The translations under genes and the position numbers were made by a program. Shown here piece by piece: positions 19,610 through 29,098 of a DNA stretch of 64,000 nucleotides. The DNA is from an uncultured delta proteobacterium (GTDB taxonomy: Bacteria > Desulfobacterota > Binatia > UBA9968): the NCBI GenBank assembly GCA_963745835.1, contig CAVUZH010000013.1, forward strand, positions 384,001 to 448,000, given 5' to 3'. The notes under the pieces were generated by a model. The model was given only the letters and a program-made list of their open reading frames with translations, was not told the origin of the DNA and ran no database searches. The number at the start of each line of letters is the position of its first letter. Positions within the stretch are counted from its first letter, which is position 1.

Positions 19610-20359
19610 TTACTGCCGTTTGCTCAAGGTCTCCGATTGTGGTGCCGGTGAATTCGTTTGGGGCGTCGCCGCAACGGCCTCCGAAGTAATACCCTCACGG
19701 TAGACCAAGATTTCAACGCGACGATTCTTGGCCCGGTTTTGTGCATTGTTGTTTTCCGTTAGCGGAGCGCTTTCTCCATAAGAAACGGACATAACTTTGA
19801 GCGGATCCATTTTCTTCTGCGTGATCAGATAACGACTAACCGCGTCGGCTCGTCGCTTTCCGAGTTCATAGTTAATGTCGTCGGTTCCAACGTTATCCGT
19901 ATGACCGGCGACAACAAAAACCGTGTTACCGGCGCCTGACGGATCGCCCTTGAGATCGCTGAGGAAGCCATCGATCTCTTTTTGAGCTTGATTCGGCAAG
20001 TTCGATGAACCAAAGGCGAAGTTAGCACCCTCTTTCATATCAATCACAAACCGCCGCTCAAGTCTCAGGTTCGAGAGAGCTTTCAATGCCTTATCTGCCT
20101 TAATATCTACCTGCCCCAGTCGTCCTTCGAATTGGCCGAGTTTGCCTTCGATTCCCGTGATCCGGTTGTCGATCGCGCCGATCTGCTTCTCGCTCTGAGT
20201 CAACCGTCCTTCACCCTGTGTCAAACGGTCCTCGCTCTGCGATACCCGATTGGTTACTGGGTCCATTTGTTCCTTGACCCAGTCGCGAGTCGCGATACAT
20301 CCCTGTGCTAACAGTAGAGAACCTAAGGCACCCACACTCAAAATCGTATTAAACCTCAT
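19610..20359 (-). CDS. OmpA-C/Pal-like peptidoglycan-binding lipoprotein with N-terminal coiled coil
   Basis: Lipobox-like LLAQGC, heptad repeats (EDRLTQGEGRLTQSE), GHTDNVG, NYELGKRRADAV, SYGE, RAKNRRVEI. Confidence 0.9.
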   Translation of the reverse strand: MRFNTILSVGALGSLLLAQGCIATRDWVKEQMDPVTNRVSQSEDRLTQGEGRLTQSEKQIGAIDNRITGIEGKLGQFEGRLGQVDIKADKALKALSNLRLERRFVIDMKEGANFAFGSSNLPNQAQKEIDGFLSDLKGDPSGAGNTVFVVAGHTDNVGTDDINYELGKRRADAVSRYLITQKKMDPLKVMSVSYGESAPLTENNNAQNRAKNRRVEILVYREGITSEAVAATPQTNSPAPQSETLSKRQ

Positions 20360-20444
20360 GACCAATCCTCCTTCTTGACTACCACCTTGTTATTATATCA
20401 GTCCGTTTGTTTTAAAATCGCTCGAAATTTGCTACTAGCCACCA

Positions 20445-20460
20445 AGCGAATCGTGTGCCA
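20445..20460 (-). promoter_or_regulatory. Sigma54 -24/-12 promoter for the OmpA-family gene
   Basis: Minus strand TGGCACACGATTCGCT (GG-N10-GC). Confidence 0.6.
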
Positions 20461-20509
20461 ACGAAACGAGGCAATCTTTTCAGGAACTTGCAATTCTATA
20501 GATGTTGTT

Positions 20510-20526
20510 TGCAGGAAATTCCTACA
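20510..20526. promoter_or_regulatory. Candidate enhancer (bEBP-binding) palindrome
   Basis: TGCAGGAAATTCCTACA, with a near-identical copy at 21162-21178. Confidence 0.5.
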
Positions 20527-20597
20527 TCTTCTTTGTAGGCGTTACGCCACGGCAAGCAATCTGTAGGGATAGCAACCCGTATTCCTATCTAGCACTC

Positions 20598-21017
20598 TTA
20601 CACGATGCGATCGGCGGTCTTTGGCCGCGGATTAACCTCGCGATCGTCACTCACCCAACCATTCATTGACGCAAGCAAGTCGTTTCGCGAAAATGGCTTG
20701 GTTAACACCAGTGCCCCGTATTCTTTTCCTTCGCTTATGAGAGCTTCCCGATACTGGTTGATTGCCCCGCTAATGTAGATTGCCTTAACGTTTGGGTTGA
20801 TGGTTCGAATACAGCGGATCATTTCTAACCCATCTAACTCCGGCATCTGGATATCTGTAAGAACGATTTCCGGCTGCTGGTCGAGATATCTCAGATAGCC
20901 ATGCAAGCCGTCATCTGCGGTTTGCACTTCATAGCCAGCCGCAATTAGTGTTTCCGCCATGATTTGACCGAAGTTCTCATCGTCGTCCACAACTAAAACT
21001 CTGTAAGGAGCAGTCAT
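20598..21017 (-). CDS. Single-domain response regulator (REC)
   Basis: VLVVDDD, LTDIQMPELDG, ISG, LTKPF. Confidence 0.9.
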   Translation of the reverse strand: MTAPYRVLVVDDDENFGQIMAETLIAAGYEVQTADDGLHGYLRYLDQQPEIVLTDIQMPELDGLEMIRCIRTINPNVKAIYISGAINQYREALISEGKEYGALVLTKPFSRNDLLASMNGWVSDDREVNPRPKTADRIV

Positions 21018-21081
21018 AAAATTCTCCCAACTTTGTTCGCTGCGCTTTGTTGATGATCCACTCGCCTGCTAATAGTGCAAA

Positions 21082-21097
21082 CGCAAATCACATACCA
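21082..21097 (-). promoter_or_regulatory. Sigma54 -24/-12 promoter for the REC gene
   Basis: Minus strand TGGTATGTGATTTGCG (GG-N10-GC with TTGC). Confidence 0.62.
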
Positions 21098-21161
21098 GCC
21101 ACTTGGAAGGGCAGACCATTGGCCCGATTTGGTTTGTCCGTGAAGCTTTAAAGAAGGTTGT

Positions 21162-21178
21162 CGCAGGGATTCCCTACA
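21162..21178. promoter_or_regulatory. Candidate enhancer (bEBP-binding) palindrome
   Basis: CGCAGGGATTCCCTACA, matching 20510-20526. Confidence 0.5.
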
Positions 21179-21313
21179 ATGAGGAGAGTCATACGCGTAG
21201 GGATTTCAGGGGAATGTACAAAGTAGATGAAGACGCCTTTAGCTACCAAGTAGCATAGAGCCAACTCGCGGTCGAATTTGAAATTTAGCCTGCGCGAACG
21301 AATGAAGTCTGCT

Positions 21314-22744
21314 TTAGCTGGATGCGCTCGCGGCAGACTTGGTCTTTTTAAAATCGTCCGCTTTGAGGTCGTGCTTTTTCAGCAAGTCGTAAAAATCGGC
21401 TCTGTATTTGCCGGCCAGCTTCGCGGCTTGACTTACGTTGCCATCGGTCATCGAAAGCACCTGCACTAAATAGTCTCTTTCGAAGGCATCGCGGGCATCT
21501 TTTAAGGGCCTCAGCGCATCATCGGAGGCGGTTTGTTTATCATTGACGCCGGCCTGCGCACCGTCTGAGGATGAGATCTTTCCTTGGAGGATATATTCCT
21601 CAGTAACAAACTCCTTCTGCGTCATGGCCACGCTATATTCAATTGTATTTTCCAGTTCGCGCACGTTTCCCGGCCAATCGTGCAGCATCAGCTTGCGCAA
21701 TGCCTCTGGGGTTATCCCTTTAACGTCCTTCTTCATTTGTTGACTGCACTTCTTTAAAAAATGCTCGACCAGCGGAACGATGTCCTCTTTGTGGTCACGT
21801 AAGGGTGGTAGATAAATTGGGATAACATGGATTCGGTAGAACAGATCGTCCCGAAAAGTGCCCTTCTTCACGAGTTCTTCCAAATCTTTGTTGGTGGCGG
21901 CGATGACTCGGACATCGACCTCTATGGGGATCTCGCTCCCGACCGGATAGAATTGCCGCTCCTGCAAGACACGCAACAGTTTCGACTGAGTCGAGACCGG
22001 CATGTCGCCGATCTCATCGAGAAAGAGTGTCCCGCCGTGAGCTTGAGTAAAAAGTCCCCTAGTGCTTTTAACAGCGCCGGTGAAAGCCCCTTTCTCATGG
22101 CCGAAGAGTTCGCTCTCCAGCAATGTTTCGGGTAATGCGGCGCAATTCAAAGCAATAAACGGTTTATCTTTTCTATCACTGGCGAGATGGATGGCTTTGG
22201 CAATGAGTTCTTTTCCAGTGCCGCTTTCGCCGTGGAGATGGACTGTCGAGTCGAGTCTCGCAATGCGCATCACAACATCCAACACCGATCGCATCTTGGC
22301 GCTGCGGGCGATGATATTGGCGAAATCGAACTGCTCGTGCAAAAGCCCCTTGAGACGCTTGATCTCGGAGTTGAGCTTGCGATTCTCCAAAGCTCTTTCG
22401 ATCTGCAGCAACAGATCGCCTGGCTCGAACGGTTTGGTAAGATAGCTGTAGGCGCCGCGGCGCATCGCCTCCACGGCATTTTGAATGCTGCCGTGCGCCG
22501 TCAGAATGATCGTCGGCACTTCAGGGTTGACCGCGCGGAACTCTTCCATCAGCGTTATGCCGTCACGGTTGGCGAGCATCAAATCAACGATGCAAAGATC
22601 GAAGTTCCCCGCCTTGAGCTCGACGACCGCATTATCCTCTTCACGCGCAGCAGTCACCTCGTAATCCGCCGATTCCAGCCGCATTTTTATCAGCTCAAGG
22701 AGATTTGCGTCATCGTCGACGATCAATATTTTGCCTAATGACAT
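21314..22744 (-). CDS. Sigma54-dependent response regulator, GlrR/QseF-like
   Basis: REC domain, GESGTGKE, GAFTGA, FLDEIGD, WPGNVREL, and a GlrR-type HTH (GNVSQAAKLAGKYRADFYDLLKKH). Confidence 0.92.
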   Translation of the reverse strand: MSLGKILIVDDDANLLELIKMRLESADYEVTAAREEDNAVVELKAGNFDLCIVDLMLANRDGITLMEEFRAVNPEVPTIILTAHGSIQNAVEAMRRGAYSYLTKPFEPGDLLLQIERALENRKLNSEIKRLKGLLHEQFDFANIIARSAKMRSVLDVVMRIARLDSTVHLHGESGTGKELIAKAIHLASDRKDKPFIALNCAALPETLLESELFGHEKGAFTGAVKSTRGLFTQAHGGTLFLDEIGDMPVSTQSKLLRVLQERQFYPVGSEIPIEVDVRVIAATNKDLEELVKKGTFRDDLFYRIHVIPIYLPPLRDHKEDIVPLVEHFLKKCSQQMKKDVKGITPEALRKLMLHDWPGNVRELENTIEYSVAMTQKEFVTEEYILQGKISSSDGAQAGVNDKQTASDDALRPLKDARDAFERDYLVQVLSMTDGNVSQAAKLAGKYRADFYDLLKKHDLKADDFKKTKSAASASS

Positions 22745-22756
22745 GGTGCCCGTTCT

Positions 22757-23368
22757 CTACTTCCCTCGGTCGCGCTTCTTTTGTTCGATTTCAAGGTCGA
22801 TCTGGTTGGCTCTCTCCAGAGCTTGCCGAGATTTCTCCATCTCCTGTCTCGTTCTATCAACTTCCTGCTTGGATTTCTCAGCAGCCAACCTAAACCTTTC
22901 CGCGTCCTCTCGCGATTTTTCGACATCTTGTTTAGATTGTTCCATAGCTTCCCGGGTTCTTTCCGCTTCTTGTTTTGAATTTTCCACCTGCTGTAGCAGG
23001 CCCACCCACATTCTTGCCTGCTCCGCCCAGGTGCTTTGCGCGTAGTCGCCGATCACCTTGCTGAACGCTTCGATCGCTTTGCGATGATCGCGTTTAGGAT
23101 TGCTGGGATGCGCATAAATCAGGCCGATGTTGTAAACGGCTGCATCCCCGGGAGGATGATCCCCGGCCAACACTAAGGCCTCGCGATATTTAGCAAACGC
23201 TCCGTCGTAGTCGCCGTCAACAAACAAACTATGGCCCTGGAGCATCGAATCGCGAATCTGGCGCTGCTCGCGCCAATCTCTTAGAAGGCTACAGCCGGAC
23301 GAAAGTACAACTAACAGCGCAAGACAAACACAAAGGTGCTTCCCCGCCCTACCTGACTCTCTGCCCAT
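22757..23368 (-). CDS. Lipoprotein with TPR-like helices and C-terminal coiled coil (QseG/YfhG positional analog)
   Basis: Lipobox LSSGC, YNIGLIYAHPSNP, heptad tail ending QIDLEIEQKKR; lies between the kinase and the regulator. Confidence 0.7.
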   Translation of the reverse strand: MGRESGRAGKHLCVCLALLVVLSSGCSLLRDWREQRQIRDSMLQGHSLFVDGDYDGAFAKYREALVLAGDHPPGDAAVYNIGLIYAHPSNPKRDHRKAIEAFSKVIGDYAQSTWAEQARMWVGLLQQVENSKQEAERTREAMEQSKQDVEKSREDAERFRLAAEKSKQEVDRTRQEMEKSRQALERANQIDLEIEQKKRDRGK

Positions 23369-24753
23369 ATTTCTCCACCATGGGACTTGATGATATTCTT
23401 GGCGATTGCCAAGCCTAAGCCCGTGCCATTTCTGGTATGTGCGCCCTTGTGGCTCCCCTGACTAAACTTTTCAAAAATGGTAGTCAAGCTCTCGGCCGGC
23501 ACTCCAGGTCCAGAGTCTGTCACAGAAACTTGCAAGTTGCCATTTACAGATGCCGCAACAACGCTAACCCGGCCCCCTTTCGGAGTAAACTTAACGGCGT
23601 TACCGAGCAGATTGCGCAGCACTTGCAAAATTCTCTCGGGGTCCAGCCTGAGCGCCGGCAGCGACGGATTCACGTTGCTCTCAAGTTCAATTTGCTTGGC
23701 CTCCACCAGCGGCGTAATCTCGGCAATGGCGCGGCGAATTAGCGGATCGATAGTGACCAGATCGAATTCATAGCTCATCATACCGGCTTCCATTTTGGAC
23801 AGGTCGAGCAGGGAATTAACGACAGCGATGAGGCGATTGCTTTCCTCGGCAAGAATGGCCAGAAGTTTCCGTTGTTTGTCCGTGGTCTGACCGCCGACGC
23901 CGTCGAGAAGCAGTCCCGTGCCCTCTTTGATGGAAGTCAAAGGCGTGCGCAGCTCGTGCGACATCGATGAAAAAAAGTCGGCCTTCATGCGCTCAAGCTC
24001 TTTCAATCGCTCGCACATCAAATTGAACGCTGCCGCCAACTCACCGAGTTCGGGCGGCGATTTTATGTTTAGTCCTCCTTCGAAACGGCCCTGCGCGATC
24101 TCTCGTGTCTTGGTCTTTAAGATCGCAATCGGTCGAGTAATACTCCGGGTTACAATCAGCGACATCGCAACAATCGAGATCAGACACGCCACGGTGATGC
24201 TAACTGAAACCTCACGGGCGTGTTCGGCGGCTTCCGCCAGCTCTCTCACTTTAGTAGACATGGCATGTTGCTGATCAGCTCTAAGCTTTTCCAGTGAAAC
24301 CAGTATTCGATCGACGATTTCGTCTTTTTCTTGCTTGAATTGCGCCTCAGGATAGCGCTTTTTCGCGCGCAGTAGCGCAGATTCTTCCACCACCAACTCC
24401 TCGTAGTTGCGGTAATCCTGTTGAACTTTGCTTAAAATCGCTCCCGCCGCGCTGTCTCCGATGGTAATGGCGGTTGCAAGTTGAAGGTTGAAGTCGCGCC
24501 TTAGACGGAGAAACTCGTTATATAGCGCCTCATCTCTGCTGATGGCAAATTTCTGCTCATAACGACTCTGAGATAGTAGCAGATCGGCGAGGATCTTTTC
24601 GTAATCGAGAATTCGGTTATCGACCTTGAGTACAGAATCGGTAAGCTCATCAAAACGATGAAGCTGGAAAACAGCGTACGCGCTCACCGCCGTCACCAGA
24701 AGGAAGATGGCGAGGTAGCCAAGAGCCAACCGCGAAAACAAACTTAACCGCAT
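23311..24753 (-). CDS. Sensor histidine kinase (2 TM, HAMP, HisKA, HATPase), GlrK/QseE-like
   Basis: SHELRTPLTSIKEG, NLLGNAVKFTP, DSGPG, GTGLGLAI. Confidence 0.95.
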   Translation of the reverse strand: MRLSLFSRLALGYLAIFLLVTAVSAYAVFQLHRFDELTDSVLKVDNRILDYEKILADLLLSQSRYEQKFAISRDEALYNEFLRLRRDFNLQLATAITIGDSAAGAILSKVQQDYRNYEELVVEESALLRAKKRYPEAQFKQEKDEIVDRILVSLEKLRADQQHAMSTKVRELAEAAEHAREVSVSITVACLISIVAMSLIVTRSITRPIAILKTKTREIAQGRFEGGLNIKSPPELGELAAAFNLMCERLKELERMKADFFSSMSHELRTPLTSIKEGTGLLLDGVGGQTTDKQRKLLAILAEESNRLIAVVNSLLDLSKMEAGMMSYEFDLVTIDPLIRRAIAEITPLVEAKQIELESNVNPSLPALRLDPERILQVLRNLLGNAVKFTPKGGRVSVVAASVNGNLQVSVTDSGPGVPAESLTTIFEKFSQGSHKGAHTRNGTGLGLAIAKNIIKSHGGEIWAESQVGRGSTFVFVLRC

Positions 24754-24785
24754 GTCGAGACGTCGCCCCTGTAGAAACCAAACAG

Positions 24786-25913
24786 CTAGACAGGTTTTTG
24801 ATCGCCCGGCCCAGTTTGCAACAATTCGCTCTGCCCGGCGTTTGCCGACACCAGTTTCTGCCCCAACTGCTCGACCCGTTTCTCAGCACTTTGGTAGCTG
24901 GATTGGGCGTGTCCTAGATGTTTGCCGAGCACACCAAACTCATCGCGAAGACGAGTAAAGTCGCCTTGCAACCGGCTCAAGCATTCGATGATTTCTTTCG
25001 CTCGCTGTTCTATTGTCATGCCTTTAAGGCCGAGCACAATCGCCTGCAGGTATGCGTAAAAGCAATTAGGCGAAACCGGTACGACGCGTTTGCTCATCGC
25101 ATAAAAGCTTAGGCTTTTCTCTTCTGTGGAATCGTCTTTTATAATAATCTCGTAATAGACATTCTCGGCCGGAATATACATAAGCGCAAAATCGTAGGTT
25201 CCTTCGTCGGGCAGAATGTATTTTGTCGCGATGGCGTCGATATGCTTCTTAACGTCCACAGCAAACTGTCTCTTCGCCCGAGCTCGATCCTCCTCGACAG
25301 TGGTGTCTATGATTCTTTTGAAATTCTCCAGCGGGAACTTGGAGTCCACCGGCACCAGCGAGCTGCCCAGCTTAATCACCGCGTCAACTTTCTCGCCGCT
25401 GCGAAAACAGTATTGCGTCGCGAAGTGCTGTGGCGGCAGGATTTGCGCTAACAAGTCCTCGAGAAAGAACTCGCCTAATCCGCCGCGCAGCTTGGGTGAG
25501 CGGAGAATTTCCTGCAGTGAAGCGATGTCCTTGCCGACTTCGTAAATTTTTCTGTTGGCTTCCTCGAGTCCGCCGAGGCTTTTCTGCACATCGCCAACCA
25601 CTCTGGCCGCATTGTCCAGCCTTTGGCCAACGCTCTGATGTGTTTGCTGCAAAATTTCAGAATTCTCGCGCAAACGCTCGTTGACGTGGCCGATCATTTG
25701 TCCCAGCTGTTGCTGGATTAGCTGTGTGCTGTTATCCAGCACCTGTCCGAACTGCACGCGAAGTTGGTCAATTTGTTGCTGCATTAATAACCAGGCCTGA
25801 TCGTTTTGTGTTGCTCGTAGAATGGCGCGCATGCGGCAGAGAAAAAACCAGCCGAGAATCGTCAAGCCGGCGAGTAACAGCAAGACCAGCGACAGGGACT
25901 TTGTAAGTTCCAC
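24786..25913 (-). CDS. rmuC: DNA recombination protein RmuC
   Basis: N-terminal TM and coiled coil, KLRGGLGE, PVDSKFP, DFALMYIPAE, VVPVSP. Confidence 0.92.
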   Translation of the reverse strand: MELTKSLSLVLLLLAGLTILGWFFLCRMRAILRATQNDQAWLLMQQQIDQLRVQFGQVLDNSTQLIQQQLGQMIGHVNERLRENSEILQQTHQSVGQRLDNAARVVGDVQKSLGGLEEANRKIYEVGKDIASLQEILRSPKLRGGLGEFFLEDLLAQILPPQHFATQYCFRSGEKVDAVIKLGSSLVPVDSKFPLENFKRIIDTTVEEDRARAKRQFAVDVKKHIDAIATKYILPDEGTYDFALMYIPAENVYYEIIIKDDSTEEKSLSFYAMSKRVVPVSPNCFYAYLQAIVLGLKGMTIEQRAKEIIECLSRLQGDFTRLRDEFGVLGKHLGHAQSSYQSAEKRVEQLGQKLVSANAGQSELLQTGPGDQKPV

Positions 25914-25929
25914 GGATCGGGGTTTGGAG

Positions 25930-26142
25930 TTAGAGAAGCCTCAGAGCGTATTCAAGAATCTCGCTGAGTTTGCGAATTTGCGTTGCTCTCATCGAACGCT
26001 CTTCGCGAGGCGAAGAGAAATAATCATCGAGGCTCTTTTTCAAGTTCCACTCAAGCAGCTCAACGCATTGCTCCATGCTGACCTTTTCGGAGCGACGACG
26101 TCGCGCCTGATGCAGGTCTCGGATTTGGATGAGTCGCCCCAT
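25930..26142 (-). CDS. Small hypothetical helical protein
   Basis: ATG ORF filling the gap between aguA and rmuC, co-oriented, with protein-like composition. Confidence 0.6.
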   Translation of the reverse strand: MGRLIQIRDLHQARRRRSEKVSMEQCVELLEWNLKKSLDDYFSSPREERSMRATQIRKLSEILEYALRLL

Positions 26143-26178
26143 AGCAAAGCTAAGAATAAGTTCGGGATGAAGAAATTG

Positions 26179-27255
26179 TCAAGCCCTGGACGTAGCGATC
26201 AGCGGCTCTTGCTGCGTCACACAATGGATGGCGCCGAGACCTGCAACGACGTCGGTGCAACGAATTCCGACGACTTTTCGGCTCGGAAACAACTCACCTA
26301 AAATTCCCAGCGCTTTGTGATCACCAGGGTCATCGAAAACAGGCACGAGAACTACTTCATTGGCGATGTAGAAATTGGCATAGCTCGCAGGTAAGCGAGA
26401 TCCCTGGTAAAGGACAGGACGCGGAGACGGCAAAGTGACCAGATCGAACCTACTGCCAAGGGCATCGCGTGCTCCCTGGAGACGCTGAAGATTCTCTTGC
26501 AGAGGAGCATAATTCGCATCTTTCGGGTTTTCTTCAACAGCGCAGAGAATGGTCGTGGCGTCGACGAAGCGAGCGATATCATCAATGTGGCCGTCGGTAT
26601 CATCGCCCGCAACTCCCTCACCCAGCCAGATGATTTGACTGACCCCAAGCGAGTCTCGCAAAAACTGCTCTAACTCAGCTCGGCCCAGATGCGGGTTACG
26701 ATTCTTATTGAGCAGACACTGCTCGGTGGTGAGACAAATCCCCGCGCCATTGACCTCTATGGCGCCACCTTCAAGGACAAGCGCGTGGACGAAGACCGGC
26801 ACACCGAGCAACTCGGCAATACTCTTGGCCACCTGATCGTCCCGTTCATAAGCTTTATACTTGCCGCCCCAGCCGTTGAAGATCCAGTCGTTGAACGCCA
26901 GTGGGTCATCCGGTCCGTTGCGCACTACAAACGTCGGGCCGTAATCGCGCATCCAAACATCGATGGTGGGAATTTGGATGACTTTGACATTTTCAATCAC
27001 CGCACCGGCCGTTTTCAGACGGAGGGTGACATCCTGTCGCATCGGATCATCATTGACCAGAAGATAAACCTTCTCGTGCGGCGACAACGCCAGAATCATC
27101 TGGACCCAAGCCTCCCTGACGCGCTCGAGTTGAACGGGCCAGGTTTCCAGGTTGTGCGGCCAAGATAGCCAAGTGGCCCGGTGCGGCGCCCACTCCGCGG
27201 GCATCGAATACCCTAGTTCGCGCGGCATCGGCGAGCGGTTGTTCTGGTCCGGCAT
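26179..27255 (-). CDS. aguA: Agmatine deiminase
   Basis: MPAEWAPH, WMRDYGP, FNGWGGKY, LEGGAI, DDTDGHID, ASYANFY, GAIHCVTQQ. Confidence 0.95.
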   Translation of the reverse strand: MPDQNNRSPMPRELGYSMPAEWAPHRATWLSWPHNLETWPVQLERVREAWVQMILALSPHEKVYLLVNDDPMRQDVTLRLKTAGAVIENVKVIQIPTIDVWMRDYGPTFVVRNGPDDPLAFNDWIFNGWGGKYKAYERDDQVAKSIAELLGVPVFVHALVLEGGAIEVNGAGICLTTEQCLLNKNRNPHLGRAELEQFLRDSLGVSQIIWLGEGVAGDDTDGHIDDIARFVDATTILCAVEENPKDANYAPLQENLQRLQGARDALGSRFDLVTLPSPRPVLYQGSRLPASYANFYIANEVVLVPVFDDPGDHKALGILGELFPSRKVVGIRCTDVVAGLGAIHCVTQQEPLIATSRA

Positions 27256-27269
27256 GAGATGGAGTGAAA

Positions 27270-28160
27270 CTAGGTGCCGCCGGGCGAATCGATGAATCGC
27301 GATTGCAAAGAACTATAGGCATCGATTCGCCGGTCTCGAAAGAAGGGCCAGCTCTCGCGAATATCATCGATCTTGCGCAGATCGCATTTGGCAATGAGAA
27401 TCTCTTCACGGTCGCCAGCAGCGACGCTCAAGATTTCTCCAGATGGGCCGGCGACGAACGAATGTCCCCAAAATTTTAAATTTCCTTCCCTGCCGACGCG
27501 ATTGACAGAGGCCACAAAGACACCATTCGCAATGGCGTGGGCGCGCTGAATCAGCTCCCAGGCGTCACGCTGTTTTTGCGCCACCGGGCGGGGTTCCTTG
27601 GGTATCCAGCCGATCGCTGTTGGATAGACCAGAATCTCCGCGCCGGACAACGACGCCAGGCGAGCGGCTTCTGGAAACCATTGATCCCAACAAACCAGAG
27701 CGCCGATTCTCGCATAACGGGTTTGAAAGCTTGGAAAGCCCAGATCACCCGGTGTGAAGTAAAACTTTTCGAAATAGAGGGGATCGTCCGGAATATGCAT
27801 CTTGCGATATTTTCCGGCGATCGAACCATCCGCATCGAGCACCACGGCAGTGTTGTGATAGATGCCCGCCGACCGCTTCTCGAATAGCGAGGACACGATG
27901 ACGATCTGCAGTTCGCGCGCTAGGGCGCCCAAACGATCCGTGCTTGGGCCGGGAATAGTTTCAGCCAGGTTGAACCATCGCTGATCCTCGCTCTGGCAAA
28001 AATAGCGAGAGCGAAACAATTCCTGCAGGCAGACAATCTGGACGCCTTTCTTCGCCGCCTCGCGTATGCGCACCTCAGCCTTTGAGAGATTGGCTTCCGG
28101 GTCTTCGCCGGCGCTCATCTGCACCAAGCCAAGAGTTACGATGTCTTTATTTTTCTTCAA
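27270..28160 (-). CDS. aguB: N-carbamoylputrescine amidase (carbon-nitrogen hydrolase)
   Basis: CLQELF, YRKMHIPDDP, EKFYFTPGD, CWDQWFPE, YPTAIG; adjacent to aguA. Confidence 0.9.
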   Translation of the reverse strand: MKKNKDIVTLGLVQMSAGEDPEANLSKAEVRIREAAKKGVQIVCLQELFRSRYFCQSEDQRWFNLAETIPGPSTDRLGALARELQIVIVSSLFEKRSAGIYHNTAVVLDADGSIAGKYRKMHIPDDPLYFEKFYFTPGDLGFPSFQTRYARIGALVCWDQWFPEAARLASLSGAEILVYPTAIGWIPKEPRPVAQKQRDAWELIQRAHAIANGVFVASVNRVGREGNLKFWGHSFVAGPSGEILSVAAGDREEILIAKCDLRKIDDIRESWPFFRDRRIDAYSSLQSRFIDSPGGT

Positions 28161-28262
28161 TCGAAGTGCCGACAGGATTGATTGCGACTTTTAATATTCA
28201 GCGCAAAAGGATCCGGACGTCCTCGCCGCTGGGCCATTTAGTTCTTCGCTACTTTAGCTTCG

Positions 28263-28982
28263 CTACTTTAAATGTTGAGCAAAAAATGTTTTCAGTTTTT
28301 CCCACGAATCTTTCGCGGCGCTCTCATTATAGCTCGGCCGCTCATCGCAGAAGAACCCGTGCGTTGCATCCGGATAAACCTTCATCGAGAAGTTCACTTT
28401 TTTATGAGTTAGCTCTGTGTTGATCTGCCCGACTTGATCCATTGGGATCAACGGATCTTTGGCTCCGAAAAAGAGATAAATCGGACAGGTGATTTCACCC
28501 GTGCGCGACAACGGGCTCGGATCTCCCATCGGAATGCCACCGCCATAAAAGCACACCGCCGCTTTGACGTCCTTGTTATGATGCGCCGCCGCAAGATAAG
28601 TATAACGGCCGCCCATACAAAAACCGGTGACGCCGATGGCGGCAGATTTGAGGTTGCTCTGCCCCTTCAAATGCGCGATGGCCGCGCCCACGTCATCCAT
28701 CACTTTGGGATCCTGCAAGCGGTTCATAGTGCCGATTGCCTTTTTCATGTCACTGTACGGAATGATGCGCTCGGATTCTCGATGATAGAGATCCGGGGCA
28801 ATCGCAACGTAGCCTTCTTGGGCAATCCGCTCGGTCACTTTCTTGATGTGATCGTTAAGACCGAAAGCTTCCATCAAAACAACGATGCCGGGATAGGACC
28901 CGCCATCTTTGGGCCGCGCTTCGAACGCGTCCATGTTGCCATCGGGCATACTCAATTGAAGAGTTGATGTGGTAACGTCCAT
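28263..28982 (-). CDS. Dienelactone hydrolase family protein
   Basis: EAFGLN, APDLY, GFCMGG, FYGG, ATHGFFCD. Confidence 0.92.
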   Translation of the reverse strand: MDVTTSTLQLSMPDGNMDAFEARPKDGGSYPGIVVLMEAFGLNDHIKKVTERIAQEGYVAIAPDLYHRESERIIPYSDMKKAIGTMNRLQDPKVMDDVGAAIAHLKGQSNLKSAAIGVTGFCMGGRYTYLAAAHHNKDVKAAVCFYGGGIPMGDPSPLSRTGEITCPIYLFFGAKDPLIPMDQVGQINTELTHKKVNFSMKVYPDATHGFFCDERPSYNESAAKDSWEKLKTFFAQHLK

Positions 28983-29098
28983 GACGAGCCTCCCTGCGAA
29001 TATTTATCGTATGAAACCGGAGTCTTCCTACAAGATTTTCTATATCGGTCCATCCGCACGAGGTCAAACTCCGAACCTATCGGACCGACTGTGCCGGC

